Below, in pieces: positions 1 through 9,385 of a stretch of DNA of 64,000 nucleotides (within the stretch, counting starts at the first letter, position 1; the number at the start of each line of letters is the position of its first letter). The position numbers were made by a program, and so were the translations under genes. The stretch is taken from the NCBI GenBank assembly GCA_945865295.1, contig CAMBDE010000002.1, positions 791-64,790 of the forward strand, given 5' to 3'. Below the pieces are notes generated by a model, which was not told where the DNA came from, did not search any database, and was given only the letters and a program-made list of their open reading frames with translations. The stretch is from Chitinophaga pinensis (lineage in GTDB: Bacteria; Bacteroidota; Bacteroidia; Chitinophagales; Chitinophagaceae).

Positions 1-2
1 TG

Positions 3-596
3 TTTGTAGTGGGCTTAGAAGAAACATTGTTTCCAAGTGGCATGAGTGTGAATACAAGAGAGGAATTAGAAGAAGAGCGTAGATTATTTTATGTTGCCGT
101 AACAAGAGCAAAAAAACATTTATGGTTAAGCTATGCCAACTCGAGATATCGATTTGGGCAACTGGTACAAAATGATCCAAGTAGGTTCATTGAGGAAATG
201 CCAGAAGAAAAATTGGACAAGTCAAGTGCTGGCGGTGGGGCAAGAAACCAATCAAGCGGATGGGGCAGCACCTACGATAGAATGCACGGCGGTAATAAGT
301 CAGGATATTGGAATGAATCCAAGCCAAAAGCCTCCGGAGATACTAAGCCTAGCTACTTACCTGTGACACCTCCAAGCACTTTGAATAAAAACCATATTCC
401 TTCGGCCAATTTTGCCGCTGCTGACCCAACTGCACTAGAAGAAGGCATGAAAGTAGAGCATCAAAAATTTGGCTTTGGCATCATTAAAACCATTGAAGGC
501 TCTGCGCATAATCCAATAGCCAATATCCTTTTTGATCTGAATGGTGAGAAAAAGATCATGTTGAACTATGCTAAATTAATGATCATCAATAGCTAA
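3..596 (+). CDS. uvrD: UvrD/PcrA-family SF1 helicase, 3' part (gene starts before the window)
   Basis: Motif VI 'EEERRLFYVAVTRAK', 'PSRFIEE', and a C-terminal Tudor-like 'GMKVEHQKFGFG' domain. Confidence 0.9.
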   Translation, partial: FVVGLEETLFPSGMSVNTREELEEERRLFYVAVTRAKKHLWLSYANSRYRFGQLVQNDPSRFIEEMPEEKLDKSSAGGGARNQSSGWGSTYDRMHGGNKSGYWNESKPKASGDTKPSYLPVTPPSTLNKNHIPSANFAAADPTALEEGMKVEHQKFGFGIIKTIEGSAHNPIANILFDLNGEKKIMLNYAKLMIINS

Positions 597-743
597 GTGA
601 TGAAGAGATTGGGATCTAAATAGGCATCAACAGGCTATTCTTTGTCTTTCGATATCGGAAAAATAACACCATTATCCCCCTTCTAGCGCTAGCAAGCCAT
701 TCATTTTGATTATTTTTGCGTTGGACTGAATAAAAAAGCAATT

Positions 744-1343
744 ATGATTACAACAGGCAATACCATCGTGAGCATTTATACAGAAATGACACCAAATCCA
801 GAAACAATGAAGTTTGTGGCCAACAAACTATTGTATCCAGGCAAGAGTTTAGATGTAGCAGAAGAAGCCTTGGCAACCGCTTCTCCATTGGCGAAAGAAT
901 TATTTAGTTTCCCTTTTATCAAAAGTGTTTTTATCGCTAGCAATTTTGTGACGCTTACAAAAACAAATGATACCGAAGATTGGCAGGATGTCATTCCAAC
1001 GATCAAAACATTTTTGAAAGAATATTTAGAAGCAGGTGGTGTGGTTGTGAATGAAGATGAGGTTGCAAAAATGAAACAAGAAGCAACCAATGTAGTTTCT
1101 GCCGATGACGATGATGTGGTAAAGCGCGTAAAAGAATTATTAGAAAACTATGTAAAGCCAGCTGTTGAAATGGATGGCGGTGCAATACAGTTTAAAAGTT
1201 ATAACAACGGTATCGTTAACCTGATGCTACAAGGCTCTTGTAGTGGTTGTCCATCTAGCATGGTCACACTTAAAGCAGGTATCGAAGGCATGATGAAGCG
1301 TATGATTCCCGAAGTAAAAGAGGTGGTAGCAGTAGCAGAGTAG
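744..1343 (+). CDS. NifU/Nfu Fe-S cluster scaffold protein (N-terminal scaffold plus NifU-C domain)
   Basis: 'TPNPETMKF' N-domain and 'DGGAI...GSCSGCPSS' CxxC motif. Confidence 0.92.
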   Translation: MITTGNTIVSIYTEMTPNPETMKFVANKLLYPGKSLDVAEEALATASPLAKELFSFPFIKSVFIASNFVTLTKTNDTEDWQDVIPTIKTFLKEYLEAGGVVVNEDEVAKMKQEATNVVSADDDDVVKRVKELLENYVKPAVEMDGGAIQFKSYNNGIVNLMLQGSCSGCPSSMVTLKAGIEGMMKRMIPEVKEVVAVAE

Positions 1344-1346
1344 TAA

Positions 1347-1382
1347 TTTTATTGGCCTTTATGTAATATAAGGCCAATAAAA
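1347..1382. terminator. Probable bidirectional intrinsic terminator
   Basis: ttttattggcctt...aaggccaataaaa inverted repeat between convergent genes. Confidence 0.65.
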
Positions 1383-1396
1383 TATACACTCTAACT

Positions 1397-1513
1397 ATTT
1401 TGTTTAAAAAATTAAAAATTTTTCGAATTATTTATATTTTTTCTTTTATTAATTATAAAGAAAAAATATTTAACCTCTAATGATTTTGTTCAAAAAATTA
1501 AAAATTTTTCGAA
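1397..1513. repeat. Two 31-bp direct repeats (1397-1427, 1483-1513; 1 mismatch) flanking an AT hairpin
   Basis: attttgtt(t/c)aaaaaattaaaaatttttcgaa seen twice. Confidence 0.85.
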
Positions 1514-1539
1514 CCTCTTTATTTTCAATTTTTATTCTT

Positions 1540-2613
1540 CTATAATTTATTATAAAGCGCTCTCAATTTCTCTCGCGTCATAATGCTTTCCCAATTAGGG
1601 CCCAAAGCATTCTCCCATAATGGCTTCATGCCCAAAGACACATTGATCATTGCATCAAATTGTGCCTCTGATAAATTCGCACAGATGTCTACCGGAATAT
1701 CGATATTGTTTTTAGCCACCATGTGCTTAAACTCTTTAACACCGGCTGGATAATATTCCTCTAAGTGATTCATCACGATACAGTTACCGATACCATGTTT
1801 TGTTCCTAATAAATAACTTAGGCCATAGCTCACTGCATGCGCCACACCAACTTGGCTATACGCAATACTCATGCCACCTGCATAAGAGGCCATCATCAAT
1901 TGATCATCGCATTCATCATCCCAGGTATTTTTTTCTACAAACACTTTTCTGCAAAGCTCTAATGCTTTTTCACCATAGCTCTTGCTAAACTCATTTAAGA
2001 ATGTACCTTCTAAACTTTCAATACAATGTATATAACAATCCATCCCTGTATAAAAACGTTGGTATGCAGGCGCGTCCTTTGTTAATTCAGGATCCAATAC
2101 AATTTGATCAAATGGGGTAAAGTCAGAGTTCATGCCCAGCTTTCTAGTTGGACCCGTTAGAACAGTCGTACGACTCACTTCGGCGCCCGTTCCACTTAGT
2201 GTTGGGATACCCACTTTATAAACACCTGCTTGTTGTACTAAGTCCCATCCTTGGTAGTCTGCAGAGGAACCAGGATTTTTCATCATCAAAGCAACGGCTT
2301 TGGCTAAATCTAAAGTTGATCCGCCACCAATACCAATAATACCACTCACTTCACCAAATGTTGCTTTTAATTCAGCTGCAAGTGCATCCACCTGTATTGT
2401 CTTTGGTTCATAAGTCACATCCACAAAAATAATTTTGTCTTTGCCTCTTAAGGGTACTCTACTTGCCAAAGGTTTTCCTTCAAAAAAATGATCTAGAAAA
2501 AAAATCATTGGAAAATCACCCTTACGATGTGGGGCAATAATTTCATCTACTTGATTAAAAGCACCACGGCCATACACTACATAATCGACCATTTTAAAAT
2601 TACGAAACTGCAT
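1540..2613 (-). CDS. kdnB: Iron-containing alcohol dehydrogenase family, KdnB-like (Kdo 8-oxidase)
   Basis: GGGS NAD motif, 'PTLSGTGAE', metal ligands D..H..H..H ('DCYIH', 'VAHA', 'KHG'); co-oriented with kdsB. Confidence 0.7.
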   Translation of the reverse strand: MQFRNFKMVDYVVYGRGAFNQVDEIIAPHRKGDFPMIFFLDHFFEGKPLASRVPLRGKDKIIFVDVTYEPKTIQVDALAAELKATFGEVSGIIGIGGGSTLDLAKAVALMMKNPGSSADYQGWDLVQQAGVYKVGIPTLSGTGAEVSRTTVLTGPTRKLGMNSDFTPFDQIVLDPELTKDAPAYQRFYTGMDCYIHCIESLEGTFLNEFSKSYGEKALELCRKVFVEKNTWDDECDDQLMMASYAGGMSIAYSQVGVAHAVSYGLSYLLGTKHGIGNCIVMNHLEEYYPAGVKEFKHMVAKNNIDIPVDICANLSEAQFDAMINVSLGMKPLWENALGPNWESIMTREKLRALYNKL

Positions 2614-2684
2614 AATTATTTTTTTACTCGTATCAAAGTTACAATCTTATTGATAAAAAGCGACCCCGTGGAGTTGCTTTTAGT

Positions 2685-4031
2685 TTACTGTGCTAATTTC
2701 TTTTGTAGTGCCTCTAAGGAAACACCTTTTGTTTCTGGTACTTTAGTTAAAATCCAAACTAATTGTAATGCCATCATCACCGTAAAAAAAGCAAAGATGG
2801 GCCAAGGATTGTCTTTGAAAATTCCATTTTCACTATCTAAAAATACAGGTGTGACTAAAGTAATAAGTGCTGCAAAAACCCAGTGGATGCTAGCTCCAAA
2901 GGCTTGACCCTTGGCTCTAATTTGAGTAGGAAAGATTTCTGATATCAATACCCAAATAACAGCACCTTGTCCAATAGCATGCGCAGCTATAAATAATAGT
3001 AAAAAACTAAGCATGAACTCGGGTGCGCTATGATAAATAAAGCCATAGGCCACCATGGATAAGCTTATAATGTATCCGAATGATCCAATGATTAATAAGG
3101 TCTTACGGCCAATTCGGTCAATTAACCAAAGACCTACAAACGTAAATACCAAGTTCATTAAACCTAAAGAGATAGAACTTAATAAAGAATTATTCTTTGC
3201 AAAGCCAGCTTCTTCTAAAATTCTTGGTGCATAATATAAAAGAAAATTAATGCCCGAAGCCTGATTAAAAAAGGCTACGAAAAAAGCAATGGAAATTATT
3301 TTACGGTGATGTTTGGTAAATAATTGAATAGCACCTTGTGCTTTTTCTTCCTCGTAAGCTGTTTTTATTTCTTGAATCGTTTGATCAATATTTTCTACCC
3401 CCACAATCGCTAAATTTGCTCTAGCGCCCGCCTCGTCATTTTTAACAGAGAACAACCATCTTGGACTTTCGGGTAAGCCGAGTGTCATTAAAGTATAAAT
3501 GATAGAAGGAATTAATAAAACAGCTAACATCCAACGCCAATCATTTTCACCACCAACACCTGCTAAAAAATAATTAGATAAATAAGCCACTAAAATACCA
3601 AAGACGATATTGAACTGGTACATGCCTACTAATTTTCCTCTGTTATTTTTATTAGAAATTTCAGAAATATACGTTGGTGCTGCTACAGAAGATACACCAA
3701 TGGCAATACCTCCAATTAATCTAAAGAATGAAAAAGTATAAGCGTCTTGCGCCAATGCAGATCCAATGGCAGATGCTATAAACATAATACCTAACCATAT
3801 CAATACTTTCTTACGGCCATATTTTTCTGTTGGTGCACCTGCAAAAACAGACCCAATCACGGTACCCCATAATGCCATAGACATAATAAAGAATCCATGA
3901 AACCAAGGTGAAGTCTGCCATAACACTTGAATAGGTTTATCAGCACCAGAAATCACCACCATATCAAATCCAAAAATAAATCCTGCAAGTGCTGCGACTA
4001 CGGTTGACTGAAATAGTTTTCCTTTATTCAT
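2685..4031 (-). CDS. MFS sugar porter family transporter
   Basis: 'GFIFGFD', 'PESPRWL', 'DRIGRK', 'PETKG' motifs; about 12 hydrophobic segments. Confidence 0.93.
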   Translation of the reverse strand: MNKGKLFQSTVVAALAGFIFGFDMVVISGADKPIQVLWQTSPWFHGFFIMSMALWGTVIGSVFAGAPTEKYGRKKVLIWLGIMFIASAIGSALAQDAYTFSFFRLIGGIAIGVSSVAAPTYISEISNKNNRGKLVGMYQFNIVFGILVAYLSNYFLAGVGGENDWRWMLAVLLIPSIIYTLMTLGLPESPRWLFSVKNDEAGARANLAIVGVENIDQTIQEIKTAYEEEKAQGAIQLFTKHHRKIISIAFFVAFFNQASGINFLLYYAPRILEEAGFAKNNSLLSSISLGLMNLVFTFVGLWLIDRIGRKTLLIIGSFGYIISLSMVAYGFIYHSAPEFMLSFLLLFIAAHAIGQGAVIWVLISEIFPTQIRAKGQAFGASIHWVFAALITLVTPVFLDSENGIFKDNPWPIFAFFTVMMALQLVWILTKVPETKGVSLEALQKKLAQ

Positions 4032-4035
4032 GTAT

Positions 4036-4758
4036 CTATTTTAAAAGTTCAGCTGCTTTGATTAAATCTTCAGGGGTGTCTATTTCTACACCCATATAAT
4101 GAGTGACAGCCATTTTAATAGATACACCATTTTCTAGGTAGCGTAAACACTCTATTTTTTCTGCTGCTTCTAATGGGGACATCGGCCAATTCGTAAAATC
4201 AATTAAAGCTTGTTTTTTAAACGCATAAACGCCTACATGTTCATAATAAGTAATGACCGGCTCTGTTGACCTTGGATAAGGAATCACACTGCGTGAAAAA
4301 AATAAGGCATTACAATTTTTATCGACCGCTACTTTTACATAGTTCGGATCTTCGATGGATGCTGGATTGGTTAATACTTGCATTAAAGAAGCAACCTGTA
4401 CTGTTGGATCTTTAAAACAGGCAAGTACTTTTTCTAATGGCTCGCGTTTAACAAAGGGTTCATCCCCTTGAACGTTGACCACAATATCTATGTCTATATT
4501 TTTGATGGCTTCAGCAATTCTATCGGACCCACTTTCGTGAGCCTTTTGACTCAGAATGGCCTTCCCACCGTTATCAACTATTTCATTAAAAATAATATCA
4601 CTATCAGTCACTACATAAACTTCGTCAAATAAGCCCGTCGCCTTTGTATTATCATACGTATGTCGAATCACAGATTTGTCACCAAGCATTTGCATCAGCT
4701 TTGCTGGAAACCTTGTTGCTGCGTACCTGGCTGGTATAAATGCGCCAACTTTATTCAT
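4036..4758 (-). CDS. kdsB: 3-deoxy-manno-octulosonate cytidylyltransferase
   Basis: '[13 protein letters not shown]', 'SGSDR', 'VNVQGDEP', 'EIDTPEDL'. Confidence 0.93.
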   Translation of the reverse strand: MNKVGAFIPARYAATRFPAKLMQMLGDKSVIRHTYDNTKATGLFDEVYVVTDSDIIFNEIVDNGGKAILSQKAHESGSDRIAEAIKNIDIDIVVNVQGDEPFVKREPLEKVLACFKDPTVQVASLMQVLTNPASIEDPNYVKVAVDKNCNALFFSRSVIPYPRSTEPVITYYEHVGVYAFKKQALIDFTNWPMSPLEAAEKIECLRYLENGVSIKMAVTHYMGVEIDTPEDLIKAAELLK

Positions 4759-4796
4759 GGATTATTTTAATTTATACGAATTTAAAAAGCGATGGA

Positions 4797-5618
4797 TTAA
4801 TAATCTGATTTTATAGATTTATTAAATGGCGCTTTTAATTGATAAGACAGGGAACCGTCTTGTGTATTATCCATCACATCTAATCCATATACAATCTGAT
4901 CCATCGGCGTATCATTATAGGTTCCTAAAATACGATCCCAGATAGAAAAAATATTGCCATAGTTACTATCCGTTTGAGGACGGGTAATATGATGGTGTAC
5001 TCTATGCATATTTGGAGATACAATAATGTACCCAACCGTTTTATCAAACCATGTTGGAATACGAATATTAGCATGATTGAACTGTGTAAGTACCACACTT
5101 AAACTTTGATACAACATGACCATCCAGATGGGCGTACCCAAAATAAAAACTGCAAGAATGGCGAAAACGGCTCTCACCACCGACTCTCCTGGGTGATGTC
5201 TATTTCCTGTAGTGGTATCGACCATCGTGTCTGCGTGGTGCACCATATGAAACTTCCATAAAAATTTGACTTTATGTTCAATCATGTGTACCAAGTAAGC
5301 ACCAATAAAATCTAATAGCAAAAGACCTGCAATCGCTTCAACCCAAGGATTTAAATGAATGAGCTGCAGTAATCCAAAATGTTGTTGCACCGTCCAGTCA
5401 CTCGCCTTTACCATAATGAATGCAAATGCAAAATTGATTACAATGGTGGTAAAAGTGAAAAAGAAATTAAGCCCCGCGTGTTTCAACTTATTATACTTAA
5501 AATTAAAAAGGGGTACTGCAAATTCTACCAACCAAAAAGAAGTAATACCAGCTGCCAATAACAATGCACGATGTAAACTTGGAATGGTTTCAAAATAGGT
5601 TTTTATCGCCTCTAACAT
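4797..5618 (-). CDS. Sterol desaturase / fatty acid hydroxylase family membrane protein
   Basis: His boxes HMIEH, HMVHH, HRVHH; ATG at 5618 chosen because the longer ORF overlaps the dnaN terminator. Confidence 0.85.
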   Translation of the reverse strand: MLEAIKTYFETIPSLHRALLLAAGITSFWLVEFAVPLFNFKYNKLKHAGLNFFFTFTTIVINFAFAFIMVKASDWTVQQHFGLLQLIHLNPWVEAIAGLLLLDFIGAYLVHMIEHKVKFLWKFHMVHHADTMVDTTTGNRHHPGESVVRAVFAILAVFILGTPIWMVMLYQSLSVVLTQFNHANIRIPTWFDKTVGYIIVSPNMHRVHHHITRPQTDSNYGNIFSIWDRILGTYNDTPMDQIVYGLDVMDNTQDGSLSYQLKAPFNKSIKSDY

Positions 5619-5647
5619 AGCAATTTGTTTTATGCATAAATGTAAAT

Positions 5648-5684
5648 AAAAAACCCGATGTTCTGCAGTCAGATACACCGGGTT
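5648..5684 (-). terminator. Intrinsic terminator after dnaN
   Basis: aacccg...cgggtt stem followed by a T-run on the minus strand. Confidence 0.55.
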
Positions 5685-5723
5685 CTTCTTAAGTCTTGTT
5701 AAAGACTTCGTATAGGATAGGGA

Positions 5724-6839
5724 TTAACTATTTAACATTAATGGCATCACCAACATCAACAAGTCCTCTCCTGGAGCTTGTTCTGAAGGTTTGATTAAAC
5801 CTGCCTTACTTGGCGTAGACAATTCAATAAAGACCTCGTCCGTATCTGCTGCATTCAACATCTCGATCAAAAACTTAGCATTAAAGGCTATTTGAATATC
5901 TTCTCCTTGGTATTCGCAACTCATGCGCTCGTTACCCTCAAAACTAAAATCAATATCCTGCGCAGCCATCTGTAATTCACTTCCTGTAATATTTAAAGCC
6001 ACCTGATTGGTGCTTTTATTACTAAATACATTCACGCGGCGTAATGCATTTTGAAAATCGTGCTTATTCACTGTTAAACGATAAGGATTGTCCGCAGGAA
6101 TCGCCACTTTATAGTCTGGGAATCTTGCATCAATCAATCGACAGATTAATTGTGTAGACCCGTGCGCTACAAATAAGTGATTGTTGTTAAAGCTAACCGT
6201 GATCGCATCATCATTATCTGGTAAAGCGTTCTTTAATAAATTAAGTGGCTTTTTAGGTACGATGAAAGAAGCGTTTTGAGTCGCTTTCACATCTGTTCTT
6301 TTATAGCGCACCAAACGGTGTGCATCTGTGGCTACAAACTGAACGCTCTCCTTTGTTAGTTCAAAGAATACGCCTGTCATAGCAGGACGCAAATCGTCAC
6401 CGCTCACAGCAAATAATGTTTTATTAATAGCTGTTAACAAACCACCGCTGGTCATGTTAAAACCTGTTGTATCGTCTGCTGTAGGCTCTTTTGGAAAGTT
6501 GTCCGGATTTTCACCCATCACTTTATACTTTCCATTATCGCTTGTAATTTCTACTGCATAGTTCTTATCAATATTAAAAGTCAGTGGTTGGTCTGCAATA
6601 TTTTTTAAAGAATCAATTAAAATTTTTGCAGGAATACAAACGCGTCCGTTCACCTTACTCTCTACTTCCATTTGTACGCGCATGACTGTTTCCAAATCAG
6701 TTGCTACAATATTTAATTTTTTATCTTCTATTTCGAATAAAAAATCTTCCAAGATAGGCAATACAGTATTGGTATTAATGACACCAGAAATTTGTTGGAG
6801 GTGTTTTAATAAAGAAGAAGAAGATACAATAAACTTCAT
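5724..6839 (-). CDS. dnaN: DNA polymerase III beta sliding clamp
   Basis: 'ATDLE', 'RPAMTGV', 'ATDAHRL', 'RFPDY', C-terminal 'LVMP'; 371 aa. Confidence 0.97.
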   Translation of the reverse strand: MKFIVSSSSLLKHLQQISGVINTNTVLPILEDFLFEIEDKKLNIVATDLETVMRVQMEVESKVNGRVCIPAKILIDSLKNIADQPLTFNIDKNYAVEITSDNGKYKVMGENPDNFPKEPTADDTTGFNMTSGGLLTAINKTLFAVSGDDLRPAMTGVFFELTKESVQFVATDAHRLVRYKRTDVKATQNASFIVPKKPLNLLKNALPDNDDAITVSFNNNHLFVAHGSTQLICRLIDARFPDYKVAIPADNPYRLTVNKHDFQNALRRVNVFSNKSTNQVALNITGSELQMAAQDIDFSFEGNERMSCEYQGEDIQIAFNAKFLIEMLNAADTDEVFIELSTPSKAGLIKPSEQAPGEDLLMLVMPLMLNS

Positions 6840-6949
6840 GCGTTCAATTTTTGATTTTTTAGGGTGGCTGTTTCCCCTTGAATAACTAGAACGAAACTAA
6901 AGCAAAATCTTAAGATTAAAAAGCTATTTTAGCAATTCTTATTGACATT

Positions 6950-7423
6950 ATGAAGAAAGTTCGAATTGGTAAGGAGCAAGCTATACTAAGGATACGGCAC
7001 TATTGTGCCTACCAAGAACGGGCCCAACAAGAGGTCAGGGATAAGCTATACGAACTGGGTATGACCAAGGACGAAGTGGAAGAAATAATGTCGGACCTGA
7101 TTGCCGAAAATTTTTTAAACGAAGAGCGATTTGCTGTTCAATTCGCAGGGGGACATTTTAGAATTAAGGGATGGGGTAAGGTTAAAATTCAACACGCATT
7201 AAAACAAAAAAGGGTCAGTAGCTACAATATCAAAATTGGATTAAAAGCAATTGATGGGGATGCCTATCTCAAAACCTTAGAACAGCTTGCAACTAAAAAA
7301 TGGAATAGCTTAAAGGGAGAACGAGGCCTAAGCCGCATGGCTAAAACATATGCATTCTTACACCAGCGTGGATTTGAGCCAATATTATACCAACCCATTG
7401 TGCAGAAGCTTTATAAAGCTTAA
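6950..7423 (+). CDS. recX: Regulatory protein RecX
   Basis: 'YCAYQER', 'FLNEERFA', 'WGKVKI', 'RGFE'. Confidence 0.9.
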   Translation: MKKVRIGKEQAILRIRHYCAYQERAQQEVRDKLYELGMTKDEVEEIMSDLIAENFLNEERFAVQFAGGHFRIKGWGKVKIQHALKQKRVSSYNIKIGLKAIDGDAYLKTLEQLATKKWNSLKGERGLSRMAKTYAFLHQRGFEPILYQPIVQKLYKA

Positions 7424-7436
7424 AAATATGGTATGA

Positions 7437-8477
7437 TTAACCCTCTTTTCCAAAAGCGTTCCAGCCCTGTGCAGTAATATCAAATAAATTATTTCCTTTG
7501 GTGATTAATTTGGTGCCCTCTGATGCATCACACATATATCCAATCACACTAATCTCTTCTTGCATAGTCATTTTATCATAGTCTGCTTGCTTCATGGTAA
7601 ACAACAATTCATAATCTTCTCCGCCATTCAATGCACAAACGGTGGCATCTAGTCCAAACTTAAAAGCAGCAGCCTTACTTGCTTCGTTGATCGGAATTTT
7701 TTCTTCATAGATTCTGCAACCCAATTCAGATTGTTTACACAAGTGCAATACGTCAGAACTCAAGCCATCGCTGATATCCATCATGGATGTTGGTTTGATA
7801 GCTAATTTTTCAAGTAATTCAATAATGTCTTTTCTTGCTTCTGGTTTTAACAATCTTCCTACGATATAATCTTCGTTTTCTAAATTAGGTTGTATCTGTG
7901 GATTTTCTATAAAGATTTGTTTTTCGCGTTCCATCAATGTTAATCCCAAAAATGCTGCGCCCAAATCTCCTGATACACAAATTAAATCACCCGACTCGGC
8001 TGTGCTTCTTTTGATGTACCCATCTGGTGCCACTTCACCCAATGCAGTCACAGAAATAATGAGTCCTTTTTGAGAGGTGGAAGTGTCTCCACCAATTAAA
8101 TCCACCCCATATTTATCACAGGCAATGGCTACGCCTTCGTAAAATTCTTCTAAGGCTTCTAAACTAAATCGATTGCTGAAAGCTACGCTCATCGTGATTT
8201 GTGTGGGATGCGCATTCATTGCATAAATATCGCTTAGATTCACCACCACCGATTTATATCCAAGATGTTTTAATGGTGTATACATTAAATCAAAGTGCAC
8301 GCCCTCTATTAGTAAGTCGGTGGTGATCACCGTTTGTTTTCCAAAATGATCTATCACTGCTGCGTCGTCCCCTATTGACAATAGTGTGGACGCATTGAGT
8401 GTTTCAAAGTTTTGTGTTAATCTATCTATTAATCCAAACTCACCTAATTTTTCTATCTCTGTTCTTTCTGTTGACAT
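7437..8477 (-). CDS. thiL: Thiamine-monophosphate kinase
   Basis: 'GEFGLI', 'GDDAA', 'NLSDIYAM', 'GGDT', 'DISDG', 'GGEDYELLF'. Confidence 0.96.
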   Translation of the reverse strand: MSTERTEIEKLGEFGLIDRLTQNFETLNASTLLSIGDDAAVIDHFGKQTVITTDLLIEGVHFDLMYTPLKHLGYKSVVVNLSDIYAMNAHPTQITMSVAFSNRFSLEALEEFYEGVAIACDKYGVDLIGGDTSTSQKGLIISVTALGEVAPDGYIKRSTAESGDLICVSGDLGAAFLGLTLMEREKQIFIENPQIQPNLENEDYIVGRLLKPEARKDIIELLEKLAIKPTSMMDISDGLSSDVLHLCKQSELGCRIYEEKIPINEASKAAAFKFGLDATVCALNGGEDYELLFTMKQADYDKMTMQEEISVIGYMCDASEGTKLITKGNNLFDITAQGWNAFGKEG

Positions 8478-8528
8478 AAAATATTGCTGTTACTTTTTTT
8501 ACTCGTTTATTTTTTAGGCTTTACGCCT

Positions 8529-9305
8529 CTATAAATTACCCCCATTCACCACGGATAATAATTGGTCGTGAATAAAACCATTAGTTGCTATGATGCCCGG
8601 CTGGTATGGATTGTATACGTTACCCATTAAGTCTGTTACCTTTCCTCCTGCTTCTTCTACCATTAAAAATCCTGCAGCACTATCCCATGCCTGAAGTTTG
8701 TGTTCATAAAATCCATCAAATCTTCCAGCAGCGGTCCAGCATAAATCTAATGCTGCACTTCCTAGTCGACGAACCGGTATCGCTTTTCGTACTAGTTTTT
8801 CAAAAACTTGTAAAGGCCCGTTTTCACTATCTAAATATTGATAAGGAAATCCTGTCACCAAGCAGCTATGTAAAATGGAATCTTTATTGCTCACCTTAAT
8901 TGGTCTACCGTTCAAAGTGGCGCCTTGTCCTTTTTCTGCAAAATACAATTCATTCATGAATGGATTATACACAGAACCTAAAATCATTTCGCCCTTGTGT
9001 TCCACACCAATACTTACACAACAAATTGGTATGCCATTCGCAAAATTAATAGTGCCGTCAATGGGGTCTATGATCCATTTTGTATCAGACAGGGAAGCCA
9101 TCTCACCAGTTTCCTCGCTTAGTATAAAATGATCTGGAAATTGGGATTGAATTAAGCCAATAATGGCTTTTTCTGAAGCATGATCTGCCTCGGTGACAAG
9201 GTCATTTATAGAAGATTTGCTAGCAATTGTAAACGTACCGTTAAAAAAACGAGTCAACTCTTTTGCTCCGAGTTCTACAGCCTGAATTAGCGTATTTTTA
9301 ATCAT
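8529..9305 (-). CDS. suhB: Inositol monophosphatase family protein
   Basis: 'WIIDPIDGTINF', 'RRLGSAALD', 'WDSAAG'. Confidence 0.9.
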   Translation of the reverse strand: MIKNTLIQAVELGAKELTRFFNGTFTIASKSSINDLVTEADHASEKAIIGLIQSQFPDHFILSEETGEMASLSDTKWIIDPIDGTINFANGIPICCVSIGVEHKGEMILGSVYNPFMNELYFAEKGQGATLNGRPIKVSNKDSILHSCLVTGFPYQYLDSENGPLQVFEKLVRKAIPVRRLGSAALDLCWTAAGRFDGFYEHKLQAWDSAAGFLMVEEAGGKVTDLMGNVYNPYQPGIIATNGFIHDQLLSVVNGGNL

Positions 9306-9385
9306 GATACAAAAGTAGGTTCGTTTGCTCGAATAACATTCGTATTTTTGAGTCTATTTCGTAAAAGTAAAACCCTATTTTATAG

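Noticed and set aside
1397-1513. Possible mini-CRISPR array
   Set aside because: Only two repeats, a 55-bp palindromic AT spacer and no cas genes.
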